IMG/VR virus record: IMGVR_UViG_3300008012_000033
Coordinates: 1 to 55,807 of that record
Strand: one strand, 5' to 3'
DNA from: a virus
Lineage: Duplodnaviria > Caudoviricetes
Length of the DNA: 55,807 nucleotides
Under the pieces are notes generated by a model. The model was not told where the DNA came from. It did not search any database and saw nothing but the letters and a program-made list of their open reading frames with translations. Positions 47,101 to 55,807 of the stretch are shown here, piece by piece; position 1 is the stretch's first letter, and each line of letters begins with the position of its first letter. A program made the position numbers and the translations under genes.

Positions 47101-49357
47101 CGAGGTCGGCAAGACCTTCGATATCGTGGTTGCGGGAGGAAGCCGTACACATGGCGGGGACAGAAGCAACACGACGGTAGTTACTGCCGCAATTCGTGTT
47201 GTAAGTAGCACCTCATTTACCTCCACGACTCGGCTTTTTGTGGGAGATAGGCTAACTCCAGCAGCTTCGGTTCCTGATGCCACCGACGTTTTTGTCACAG
47301 GTATTCAACCGCAAAGCGGCGGGACTTTCCTGTACACAATTAGCGAAGGGTTCCCATTCCCTGACCTCGCCACTCCTGGCAGTAACTTTTCTTGCACTGT
47401 GGCAGCGACAGCGGGAGCCCCTGACAGTGTTTTCCCAGGATGCATCACCTTGGATACTGGTGATGTGCATTTGAAGTTGCGTGAGATTTTGACGAATCCC
47501 ACAAACAGCAGCACAGGCCAACCTGACGAAACCAAGCCAGGAGACCAGACGTATAAGAACTTCATTATTGAGGACGAGTCAGTCAGTGACTTCTTTGAAT
47601 CCAAGGCTGTAGATATTGGGCGACCTCATATCGAAACGCCAGACCAGATAGAGCAAGTCAGATCATCGTCAGTTACATACAGTGATCCGTTCGCTTTAGA
47701 CTCGGCTGTGCTGGCATTGTCTTCATTCAACCCATCACTGTTTCCCTTCAAGGATTACAACACGCAACACGGCGATGTATGTTTCTTGCTGGACCGCAAT
47801 GAAGCGTTGATGGTCATGCAGGAAAACAAAATCTCAAAGACACCCGTTTCACGGGTGTTGATTGAGAGTGCTGCGGGAGGGCAGCTTGTGACATCCACAA
47901 ATGTGTTGGGCACTCCAACATACTACGCTGGCAATCTGGGCCCAGGCTTGCAGCCTGAGAGTGTGGTAGAAAGCTTCGGGAGGGTATACTTCGTCGATGT
48001 CGCTCGTGCGGCTGTGGTGCAACTGTCGTCTGAAGGCATTGACCTGTTAAGCTCCAAGAGCATGACATCTCACTTTCAGACTCTGTTCTCTAACATCAAC
48101 GTGCTCGATCAGAAGCCCTTCATCCCGTGCGGCTACGATCCTGACAATGCAGAGCTGATTATTACAAGCCCACAAATCGATCGAAATTCGTTGACGTTCC
48201 CTGACAGCGAAGGCTTGATTCTTAGCCCTGTCAAAAAACCTGCTTCTGCTACCAGGACAAACGTCGATGCACAGGCTCACGTCCTTTTTGAAAACGGAGG
48301 CCGAGATACATGGGATCTTGGTGAGACACAATGGGATGTGCTTAACTTGAACTGGGAGGTGTCGGGTCAGGGAGTCATCTATGTGGACAAGCTGGGTGAC
48401 ATCGGCAGCGTATACCTCGACAGCTCTTTGCGCAACTCGACAGACAGCATCACAGTCAAGGCAGTCACGTCAAGCGGGTCTCATGTAGCTACAGGCTCTA
48501 TCTCTGCCCGTGACAGCTCCCTTACTTTGCCTACTAGCTTTACACGGCAAACCGACAAGGGTAGTGTAACGATGACAAAATCGGGCACCAACTCCGCCAC
48601 TGCTGCTGAGACGTCTGCGTACTCGACGACAAAGGGTGTGTGGCTTACGTTCTACTCTTTCATCCCTGAGATGTATGCAAGGTTGCACGACAAGTTCTTT
48701 TCATTCAAGGACGGAGTCATCTACAAGCACAACTCCAACGCCACACGCAACAATTTCTACGGCAGTCAGGCCAATTCACAGGTGTCTGTGATTTCACGCA
48801 AGAACCCCAGCGACATCAAGGTGTACAACGCCATGAGTCTTGAGGGCAACAAAGCTTGGAAAGCCGTCGTGTCCAACTCCACGCAGACCACGGGGGCCAG
48901 CTCTATGCAAGCCTCTGAGTTTGATGAAAGGGAGGGCATGTTCTACAGGGTGATTGCAAAAGACGCTACGTCCAGCAGCACCTCCAACTCGTCACACAAG
49001 GTGGTGCTTGGGCAGGTCGCAAGTGTCGATGGCAGCAAGATTACGTTTACTACAAAAGTGAGTAACTTGCCTTTCGGAATCGGAGACACTTTATTTAAGT
49101 TGGCATCGTCATCAGAATCAACCCTCAGCGTAACTGTTTCGTCTGTTTCAGGTCGCAAAGAAATTACAGCCAGTGGCGCTGTTGGGGGGCTAACAGCAGG
49201 CGATACGGTGATGGCCGTGTCTGATGACGACATCAATGGAGATAAGATCCGTGACTACTACAGCCAAGTTGACTTGACCAATACAGACACAACTGCTGTA
49301 GAGCTCTATGCCGTAAACCTCTCATACTCCTCCTCACCACTACACAACGATAAATAA
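44141..49357 (+). CDS. Tail stabilisation / muzzle (nozzle) protein
   Basis: LNKDEDPRL..ALNIRV, LYFTD.RNEPRKIN, FAYQYVYDDGE.S, NRLFYGNY, FGIVYFD, QPES, FFSFKDG.IYKH. Confidence 0.78.
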   Translation: MAIDKLIPQYLNKDEDPRLLKEVEMSNALNIRVSTGDDGNQGVLKNVEGNTAIASASSSDTIPGSGNNRVVGAVSSEAGNCIYFFLYNANGTHGIYQYRHNTDKYHKVLEGSFLNFHPERFVKADVVINQFGDHLLYFTDSRNEPRKINATRALTSGYGPLLTSGTDAQKELFVSVCKQPPQTPITFSFVDDPDIKFNNLQNNCFQFAYQYVYDDGELSALSPYSELAVSTTNRAFNAPAQNFLRDRNNKLLLEMQGSDGPVEKLRVFVRRNNDQAFYRIAEIPHRPSTENGLAFANDGVYTVLPDQEAFKMFDAVPRNAFAQAISNNRLFYGNYLEGFDNLDRVKVGATPIYHPEPDNFNLPGSDRGLQTSTTLDINTYPGLRFFPGTGSFVTNNEKFRHALGEAPIGQNLVDASDENPRLVSFNANGDIAQSGFSVDVSELSDFTSVEAGVLNIDLTIDYSTLGIASFGGEDMLFDHTITFSDGVAANGDAITPNSLAVDNQLLDLPPTEIRGFLLKPIGYNAGGESPQIDQRSLTFDQAGGSQPLNFNSSSSIQGIDAESNLTVQEQFADKIIEILNGQQTSVFVRTRSKKTRFSTGTVSGLGAPAPSDFLLDLDGTVTFMVFGGVYNESTQTVDFRLRVEKVDLNITGVDAQFDVASGTSGISGNVIYNQLQLDPSSIGGPSFTNSAGRTIKDFRDEQSNGTLVKAINHVFKGFNVISNIDYVSEGQSISFKAGATHEFGIVYFDHRNRHGGVQKIDSVDVVHFGDVDRNGNEGRTEVDLRFTHEPPYWATKYAPVYSKNTSYEKILQISVLEAGLPRTETYADPLSDSGGVTRPIIDALGTSSGSDPDGLIYLSMRSLEGKTNSYNESKGANLEYEYQEGDVLRVLRYKDSDGNTVRPMHEFKISSYKRYIDNEENPIKLYANSDQPSDTTYRRTGFFLGIRDQDIPGFNKLDVAAGLDFFTNDCVVEIFRPKLRVENQVFHEVGKTFDIVVAGGSRTHGGDRSNTTVVTAAIRVVSSTSFTSTTRLFVGDRLTPAASVPDATDVFVTGIQPQSGGTFLYTISEGFPFPDLATPGSNFSCTVAATAGAPDSVFPGCITLDTGDVHLKLREILTNPTNSSTGQPDETKPGDQTYKNFIIEDESVSDFFESKAVDIGRPHIETPDQIEQVRSSSVTYSDPFALDSAVLALSSFNPSLFPFKDYNTQHGDVCFLLDRNEALMVMQENKISKTPVSRVLIESAAGGQLVTSTNVLGTPTYYAGNLGPGLQPESVVESFGRVYFVDVARAAVVQLSSEGIDLLSSKSMTSHFQTLFSNINVLDQKPFIPCGYDPDNAELIITSPQIDRNSLTFPDSEGLILSPVKKPASATRTNVDAQAHVLFENGGRDTWDLGETQWDVLNLNWEVSGQGVIYVDKLGDIGSVYLDSSLRNSTDSITVKAVTSSGSHVATGSISARDSSLTLPTSFTRQTDKGSVTMTKSGTNSATAAETSAYSTTKGVWLTFYSFIPEMYARLHDKFFSFKDGVIYKHNSNATRNNFYGSQANSQVSVISRKNPSDIKVYNAMSLEGNKAWKAVVSNSTQTTGASSMQASEFDEREGMFYRVIAKDATSSSTSNSSHKVVLGQVASVDGSKITFTTKVSNLPFGIGDTLFKLASSSESTLSVTVSSVSGRKEITASGAVGGLTAGDTVMAVSDDDINGDKIRDYYSQVDLTNTDTTAVELYAVNLSYSSSPLHNDK

Positions 49358-49359
49358 AG

Positions 49360-50217
49360 ATGTCGAATACATTTTCAGCAGGACAAGCACAGGCCTTAGG
49401 GTCAGCCATTGGCGGAGTAGGCCAGTTGGCGGGAGGCATCATGGGTGCGCTCGATCAGAGAAGTCTTGAGAGACGGACTCAAAAAGGACTAGATGCCGCA
49501 CAACAAAACCTTGCGGATCTACAAGCGGCACAGCCTTCCCTAGCTACTCCCAGTGCTTTCTATCAGCAGGTGCAACAGGCTTACGATCAACGCCTTATGC
49601 AACAGAGGCTGGAGGACATCAACAGATCTTTGGCCACCACCACGCAGGCCGTTTCACAGTTCGGGGCCCGTGGGCTTGGGGCCTTAGCCCAAGCCACTCA
49701 ACAGGCTCAGACGGCGCAGCGACAGGAGGTGTTGACTCAGCAGCGATTGCAGACAGCAGCTTTGAAAGACCTAGGCTTGGCTCAAGACAGAACCATTGCA
49801 AGGCAAGAGGCTCGGTCTACACGAGACATGGAGTTTGGCTTTGATGCTCAGCGGTTGGCCGAGGCCCGTGTAGCCCAGGCCGAGCAACAGCGTATTCAAA
49901 ACTTCGCCAACATCGCTGGTGGTGTTGGAGGCATCGTCGGCGGTGTCATTGGTGTTGGGATGGGAATGGATAAAGGAGGGAAGGTTGCCAAGAAGGGATA
50001 CAAGGTTGCGAAAACGCCTGGATCGTTTTCTCACAACACCAACCCATTGACGTTGGTCGATAAAGAAGGTGACTCTGTTGGCATCGAGCTGACGGGCGGT
50101 GAATACGTCTTCAATCCAGAACAATCAAAAAAGATGATGAGGTTGGCCAAGCAGGGTGACTCACCTTTGCACAAATTTGTATTGAAACTGCTTACGAAAT
50201 TCGAAAAAGATGTCTAA
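49360..50217 (+). CDS. Putative ejected internal virion protein
   Basis: Gly/Ala hydrophobic ends, Gln/Ala coiled coil, PGSFSH..ELTGGEY motif. Confidence 0.6.
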   Translation: MSNTFSAGQAQALGSAIGGVGQLAGGIMGALDQRSLERRTQKGLDAAQQNLADLQAAQPSLATPSAFYQQVQQAYDQRLMQQRLEDINRSLATTTQAVSQFGARGLGALAQATQQAQTAQRQEVLTQQRLQTAALKDLGLAQDRTIARQEARSTRDMEFGFDAQRLAEARVAQAEQQRIQNFANIAGGVGGIVGGVIGVGMGMDKGGKVAKKGYKVAKTPGSFSHNTNPLTLVDKEGDSVGIELTGGEYVFNPEQSKKMMRLAKQGDSPLHKFVLKLLTKFEKDV

Positions 50218-52873
50218 CGGTCCACAGTTCAAAACAGGATTCCTTGCACCTCTGCCAGACTATGGTGCGATCGGAAGGGAGGCGGCAGGTCGTTTCATGA
50301 ATCCCATCCTTGGGGTGGTGCAGGAGCGTGCGCAGAAACAGTTGGACAAAGAGAAGACGCTTGGCATCGGGACGGCTGGGGTGACTACGGCCCCTGGGAA
50401 CATCAACCCTTACTACAAGGAGGGCGTTCAAAAAGCTCTTGATGTCTGGCAGCAGACAGAGCTTGACTTCAAACAAAACCCTTCTGACGCCAATGCGCAA
50501 AGGGTGTCTGCGGCCAAGTCGCAGTACAGCGGCATTGCTCAGGACGCTGTCTTTGGGAGTAAATTTATTCTAGAGCAAAACCTCTCTATCAGAGGAGATC
50601 AAGATTTGGCTGAGGCTGGGTTGAGAGATTTCAACCTAAATCTCTTCAACCAAAAGTTTGGTCAAGCCCCTGCTTATGAAGTGGTGGGAGATAAGGTTAG
50701 AGTTGTCCAGGGAGACCAAAGTGTCGATTATTTTGAGTCAGCAGTTACTGCTTCAAATCCTGACAATCTGCCTGTGGTTCAGGGCAGTGTCGAAGGTGCA
50801 TACACTCAGTTGTCAAGCAAGGTGTCGGATACAATTTTTGTGGACTCGTATCAAGGCAGAAATACAGCAGGGGTTAGCTCTGGAGTCCTTGTGGATCAAA
50901 ATGCTTTTGCCACAGACTTTGCTGACAAATACAACGGCTACGCCAAGAGAGAGGGCACCATGTGGAACGCTGTTGCTCTTGAGGCATACAAGACTAAGAA
51001 CATTCCAAACCGAGGCGTTGTAGAAAAAGACTTGGACGCTGTTGATCAGATCTACTCTCCATCGCTCAAGGATCTCAATGTAGAAGGTCGATCTATCACC
51101 AAGATTACAGGCTTTGATGCCGATGGCAATGCTCAATATGACGTCTCGGAGGATGAATTGAAAACACTTGTGGGACAAGAGATGACTACCGCAGGGGGTC
51201 GGTCATTTACTGTGACAGAGGACAACCTCATGAAGTTCCGTGAAGCACAGAACTTGCACGCAAAGAACGCATACGAAAGGGCGAAGTCTAGATTCAGTGT
51301 TCCTGAAGCCACCACGACAGAAACAGCAACAGAGCTTGGGCCAGCATTCGTTCCGTTTGCTCCTAGAAACTATGGGGAGAACAACACTGTTCAATCCGTA
51401 GAGGTTGCAGAGCTTGGGCAGGTGTTTGACATCCCGACTTCGGCACGCCTAAATGCCGTGGACGTTGGAAACACAGCCGTGCAGGTAGAGAACGTGTACA
51501 TGAACCCAGAAGGTCAAGTGGCTGGATACAAGATTGGCAGAAACAGAGACCTGTTGGATAAGCTGCTTGCAACTCCAGAGGCTGATCGTTCTTCACAGCA
51601 GCAAAGCCTGATCGATTTGCTTCTATCAGGAGCCGAGACAATCACACGAGAAAACAACCTTGAGTTGTTTACAGAGTTGGAAGGACAGCTCAGCAGGATG
51701 GCGCCAAAGAACAAGCAAAACCCAAGCTATAGTGAGCTGATTGAATTAGGTAAGGGACAAGTTGGAGTAACCTCAACAGGGACAGGCACCACGCCAGCCC
51801 CTACGCCTACACCTACAGCAGCACAGACAGCGTTGGGCGGCTTGAATCAGGGCGTTGGAGCTGAAGAAACTGAGGAGGGCGCAGAGGGTCTTGCAGTGCC
51901 AACGGCTGAAGAAACAGGACTCCCAACAACAGAACCTTTGGAGATTACTCCAGAAGGTCGAGTGGTTGCCTCCGTTGACCCAACAGGAACACCTACAGGA
52001 ACACCTACAGAAACACCTACAGCAACCCCTGACCCAACAGCGGCTGGGGCTGAATTACCTGCCGATACAGCGGTACCGTCTGCGGAAGGCAAAAGAGGGG
52101 ATTACGCCTCCATGTCTAAAGAGGAGCTTGCTCGTGAAGTAGAATCAAACAGGGCTCGCCTGAGGCGTTTCAAGAAACCGGAAATTGCAAAAGAGGAGGT
52201 TGATCAGCTTGGGCAAGAGATTTCAGCGGAAGATAGATTGGGTGTTGCTGCTGGTGAACTCAAGAATGTTTTGTATGACGCTGAGCTAGGTGTGTACAGA
52301 GACGAGAGCAATCCTATTGCGAAAAAATATATTGAAGAAGAACTATTTGCTGATGTTGGATTCGATCCAAGAGAAGGGGCAGACGCAACCGAACATGCTT
52401 GGAGCGCAGCGACTGTAAGCAAGCTTGCAAAAGCTTTTGACCCTACATTTGAGGGTAGCGCACGGCACTCAGATTACATCAGACGAGGCTTCAAAGGTGA
52501 AGGAAACTACAAGGCCGAAGAGTTGGTTAGAAAGACGAAGTACCAAGCGGGCGATATACTGTTCAAAGGAAGAAAAGACGAGAACGGAAATCCGCTTGGC
52601 CCGCAGACTTACAGGGAGTTTGAAAGAGATGCTAAAGGAAGGGGTAAGTATGGAAAGGAAAAGGGGTATGGATCTCACTCTGACATCATTATTGGAGTGA
52701 AGACGGTAGAAGTAAAAGATAGAAAAGGCAATCCAGTAATGGGTAGAGATGGAAAGCCTAAAACAGAAACAGTCTATCAAGTGCAGGGCGGTAATGTTAG
52801 TGATAAACTGTACGAAAGAGATCTTTCTGCAAGTCAGTTGAGAGGTCGATATGTCGGTAGGTTGACACAATGA
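50210..52873 (+). CDS. Internal virion protein with C-terminal DUF2272-like (CHAP-related) domain
   Basis: AWSAA..S..HSDYI..GDIL..SHSDII..GGNV after a Pro/Thr linker. Confidence 0.65.
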   Translation: MSNGPQFKTGFLAPLPDYGAIGREAAGRFMNPILGVVQERAQKQLDKEKTLGIGTAGVTTAPGNINPYYKEGVQKALDVWQQTELDFKQNPSDANAQRVSAAKSQYSGIAQDAVFGSKFILEQNLSIRGDQDLAEAGLRDFNLNLFNQKFGQAPAYEVVGDKVRVVQGDQSVDYFESAVTASNPDNLPVVQGSVEGAYTQLSSKVSDTIFVDSYQGRNTAGVSSGVLVDQNAFATDFADKYNGYAKREGTMWNAVALEAYKTKNIPNRGVVEKDLDAVDQIYSPSLKDLNVEGRSITKITGFDADGNAQYDVSEDELKTLVGQEMTTAGGRSFTVTEDNLMKFREAQNLHAKNAYERAKSRFSVPEATTTETATELGPAFVPFAPRNYGENNTVQSVEVAELGQVFDIPTSARLNAVDVGNTAVQVENVYMNPEGQVAGYKIGRNRDLLDKLLATPEADRSSQQQSLIDLLLSGAETITRENNLELFTELEGQLSRMAPKNKQNPSYSELIELGKGQVGVTSTGTGTTPAPTPTPTAAQTALGGLNQGVGAEETEEGAEGLAVPTAEETGLPTTEPLEITPEGRVVASVDPTGTPTGTPTETPTATPDPTAAGAELPADTAVPSAEGKRGDYASMSKEELAREVESNRARLRRFKKPEIAKEEVDQLGQEISAEDRLGVAAGELKNVLYDAELGVYRDESNPIAKKYIEEELFADVGFDPREGADATEHAWSAATVSKLAKAFDPTFEGSARHSDYIRRGFKGEGNYKAEELVRKTKYQAGDILFKGRKDENGNPLGPQTYREFERDAKGRGKYGKEKGYGSHSDIIIGVKTVEVKDRKGNPVMGRDGKPKTETVYQVQGGNVSDKLYERDLSASQLRGRYVGRLTQ
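51983..52030 (+). repeat. Four imperfect 12-nt tandem repeats encoding a T-x-T-P linker
   Basis: acaggaacacct x2, acagaaacacct, acagcaacccct. Confidence 0.8.
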
Positions 52874-52895
52874 TGCACAAAACAATTCTCTAAGA

Positions 52896-55807
52896 ATGTC
52901 AAACGGATCATACAACGTAGATCGGATTGATCAGATCTACACCGTCCTTCAAGAGCAAGGATATCTCGGCACCAAAGAAGACTTGATTCGTCAGATGGGT
53001 CAGACGGATGATTTCAACAGAATCATGACCGTGATGAACAGTGCTGGGTTCAAGGGTGACCAAAGAGACCTGATCTATTTGTCAGGCATCAATCCAAAAA
53101 AAAAAGAGTCGGCGTTCTCTTCCGACTATGTTGCAGGCTTAGAATCGCTTACAGGCGATTCAAGCTTCGAGCCCGTGCAAGACTTAGAAAGCGCCAGAAA
53201 GCAAGCTGAAGAAAACAAGTCTGGATATCTCTCATCGCTGTTTGGTGAGGCGAAAGATCCTTACGAGGCGATGGCTACCATGTCCGCTGAAGAGACAGGA
53301 CGTGGCAGAGAGTTCACGCCAGAAGACATACAAGAGCTGTATGAGACTGACACTCAGTCAGTTATTGAGGCATACGGTACTGAGGGCTCAGCGCCATCTG
53401 AGTATCAGGCCAACCAAAGAGAATACTTTGTCTTCAAAGAGACGCAGAAGTGGTTGCAGGGTAGAGGCGTATTGGGCGACGCCCTAAGCGCACAGGAGAG
53501 GGAGGGTTTTTCAAAAGAAATATTTGACACCCTCAAAGACACTCCTCTGTTTACAGGCACATCAGTGACTACAGAGGATATCAACGATGTCATGTTGAGT
53601 GCTGGCTTGATCGTAGATCGTGCTGAGCTTTCTACGTCAAAAGAGAACCTCAAGACGTCGATCATCAACAATGAGTTTGGTATCGGCAAGTACACCAACG
53701 AGCAGGTTCAAGCCTTGCCCGAGGTCGAAGATGAGGAGGGTATGAGCGTGCCCTTCTATGAGGGTCAACTGGGCAACGTCAACTCTGCTTACGTCCCTCA
53801 AACTGACGAAGAGCTGACTGCCATTCAGCCCAACATGCCTGAAAAAATCAATACGTTTGAGAAGGCATCAGACTACTACGAACGTCGAAACATTGAGTTT
53901 TCAGAGGACAAGTACAAGCAGATTGCAGGGTATTGGAACGCACGCAATGAGGTCGTGCAAGCAGAGGACGGAAAGAAAGCAGCCATTACAGAGCTTGATG
54001 CTTTCGTCGATCGCTTCAACACCGCAGTGACAGAGGAGGAGCGCCAAGAAGTGCAAGCAGATTTGGCAAGCAGACGCACGGACATCATCAACACCTACAA
54101 CGAAGCGAATGAGGTGTTGGGCTTGGAGCGTAGAGCTTACAACATTTCTGAGCTTATTGGTCAAGTAGCCTTGGATCAGGTTGCTATGGAAAGCGACATG
54201 GCTCTGCAAGCGTACAGAACGTCAGGAGAGTTTTTAGGCCGTCAGTTGGAAGAGGATCTTATCGCACCTAACCTTTTCAAGACGGCTGGTATGGTGTTTT
54301 CGGGCACGCTTAATTTTGTCGATGCGGTATTAGAAGCCACCCCAGAGGATAGTGCGCTTAATATTTTTGGCGATACTGCTGTCCCTTCCTTTCAAGAGTT
54401 TTACGCAGGAATCTTAGGTGTAGAGTCTGATCAAGCTCCTACCTTCGGGGAGCTCTCAGCGGGCATGTCACAGGCCAACAATCTTAAAAAGGGATTGACG
54501 CTGGAGCAAATTCAAAGAGGTGTTTTCGGACAAAACTTTGGGGACGAGTATGCACGGGGCGTCATGTTTACAAGCATGGTGGCCGAGGCGCTCCCACAGA
54601 TTGGTCTACAGATCGCAGGGTTGGCGACAGGTGCCACTGAACTCACACTCATCAGCTTTGCACTAGGTAGCGCAGGCTCTACGATAGAAGATTTGAACCA
54701 AAATTCAAATCTTACTGCGGGTGAAAAGTTGGCCTTTGGTACGTTGGCTGGTGGCGTAGAGTACCTGTCAGAAAAGCTGTTTATGAAGGCGGAATTAGGT
54801 TCCGCTGACGCCATCCGTAAAGCCGTGGGTCTCAAGCCACTGGCAGGGCGTGGCGGTAAGGCTCTTTTGTGGGGTACTGTCCCCGCCGAAAAGGGTGTCT
54901 TGTTGCAGGCAAAAAATGTCTTTGACAAAGTCACAACGAACAGAGCGTTTAAGTTCTTAGAGGAAGGTATTGAGGAGGGCTTGGTCTCTGTTGCCGATCA
55001 GGGATTGCGGAACTATGCGGAAAGGCTGGCACTGGATCGTGAGATCGAGGACATTCAGAAAAAGATTGAGACGCCAGGCATTGCCTCTGAAGTGCAAGAC
55101 CGTCTTGAAAAAAGCATCGCTGCAAAGGAGATACAGAAGGCACAGTTGTCTGTATCGTGGGCTCAGGTAGCCGACTCTTTCGTGGTGGGTGTCGCAGCAG
55201 GAGGCGTACAAACTAGCATCGTTCGAGCGCCGTCGTATGTGGCCAGCAAGTTCCGCTTGAAAGATCAGATACGTCTGCAAAACAGATATGAAGAGCTCAG
55301 TGAGCAGTTCAAAAACGCAACAACAAAAGAAGAAAGAGATGAGGTTAAAAGAAAGATGCTTGATGTTCAAGAAGAACAGCATAGAGTGGCTGCAAGAGAC
55401 TTATCGTTCCTTGCAAATGTTTCCGACGAAGATGCGGAAGCTATTTTCGGACACAATCAAGACATTACAGGGGCTCGTAAAGAAGCTCAAAAGCTTAGAG
55501 GTCTACTTGCACAAGCCAAAGCAGCTAATAACAAAGCTGCGGTCTCTACTTACGAGGCGCAAATAAACCTTCTTCAGAATCAGATTAAAGAAAGCTTCAA
55601 GAAGAAGTTTGAAATCGAAAGCAAATATGCTCAGAACGAAAACTCTGTAGACATTGCTTTGGAAGATCCTGAGGTGCAAGCTGTCATCAGAGAGGTGGGC
55701 TCTACTGACCCAGATATCACTGAATACGGTAGGGTTGGTAGGGGCAATAGTGTTGAACTGACGTCAGAAAATGCTGGCTCTGTCATCGACAGAATCATCG
55801 CCTCAGG
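52896..55807 (+). CDS. N-terminal third of the giant virion protein (absent from ORF track because it has no stop before the window end)
   Basis: ATG 52896 (MSNGSYNVDRIDQIY...); frame matches ORF 11..6385 through the terminal overlap. Confidence 0.85.
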   Translation, partial: MSNGSYNVDRIDQIYTVLQEQGYLGTKEDLIRQMGQTDDFNRIMTVMNSAGFKGDQRDLIYLSGINPKKKESAFSSDYVAGLESLTGDSSFEPVQDLESARKQAEENKSGYLSSLFGEAKDPYEAMATMSAEETGRGREFTPEDIQELYETDTQSVIEAYGTEGSAPSEYQANQREYFVFKETQKWLQGRGVLGDALSAQEREGFSKEIFDTLKDTPLFTGTSVTTEDINDVMLSAGLIVDRAELSTSKENLKTSIINNEFGIGKYTNEQVQALPEVEDEEGMSVPFYEGQLGNVNSAYVPQTDEELTAIQPNMPEKINTFEKASDYYERRNIEFSEDKYKQIAGYWNARNEVVQAEDGKKAAITELDAFVDRFNTAVTEEERQEVQADLASRRTDIINTYNEANEVLGLERRAYNISELIGQVALDQVAMESDMALQAYRTSGEFLGRQLEEDLIAPNLFKTAGMVFSGTLNFVDAVLEATPEDSALNIFGDTAVPSFQEFYAGILGVESDQAPTFGELSAGMSQANNLKKGLTLEQIQRGVFGQNFGDEYARGVMFTSMVAEALPQIGLQIAGLATGATELTLISFALGSAGSTIEDLNQNSNLTAGEKLAFGTLAGGVEYLSEKLFMKAELGSADAIRKAVGLKPLAGRGGKALLWGTVPAEKGVLLQAKNVFDKVTTNRAFKFLEEGIEEGLVSVADQGLRNYAERLALDREIEDIQKKIETPGIASEVQDRLEKSIAAKEIQKAQLSVSWAQVADSFVVGVAAGGVQTSIVRAPSYVASKFRLKDQIRLQNRYEELSEQFKNATTKEERDEVKRKMLDVQEEQHRVAARDLSFLANVSDEDAEAIFGHNQDITGARKEAQKLRGLLAQAKAANNKAAVSTYEAQINLLQNQIKESFKKKFEIESKYAQNENSVDIALEDPEVQAVIREVGSTDPDITEYGRVGRGNSVELTSENAGSVIDRIIAS
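55685..55807. repeat. Terminal direct repeat, identical to 1-123
   Basis: Direct sequence identity. Confidence 0.95.

Noticed and set aside
53096-53105. A10 run as a frameshift or phase-variation site
   Set aside because: The frame stays open (P-K-K-K-E) and joins the downstream ORF, so no shift is needed
54922-54933. TTGACAAAGTCA, near-copy of the control-region palindrome
   Set aside because: Deep inside a coding region with no adjacent -7 box; likely chance

Overview
This window is an apparently complete circular or circularly permuted genome of a tailed dsDNA phage. Bases 55685-55807 repeat bases 1-123, giving a unit length of about 55,684 bp. The host is most likely a marine Bacteroidota: the genome has TAnnTTTG promoters, signal peptides followed by Gln, and a type IX secretion (T9SS) C-terminal sorting domain. 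A minus-strand arm (about 11.1-19.2 kb) carries small early genes, ERF and exonuclease recombination genes, SSB, tRNA-Arg(UCU), a primase-helicase fusion and nucleases. A divergent control region lies at about 19.2-19.9 kb. A plus-strand arm carries basic proteins, a GroES-like protein, terminases, portal, fibre/LamG genes, scaffold, major capsid protein, crAss-like ring and muzzle proteins, ejected proteins and a ~3057-aa giant protein that crosses the window join, followed by lysis genes. I recognised no DNA polymerase, RNA polymerase, integrase or reverse transcriptase. The leading candidate for a new system is a tightly coupled four-gene cassette between endolysin and holin: a T9SS cargo protein, a predicted outer-membrane beta-barrel, an inner-membrane coiled-coil protein and an exported thioredoxin fold lacking CxxC. 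Other highlights are a tandem array of five paralogous structural genes, a second three-paralogue array after the capsid gene, mirror-image promoters carrying a shared palindrome, and a repeated hairpin plus C/A-rich leader before early genes. All family assignments come from reading motifs by eye, not from database searches.
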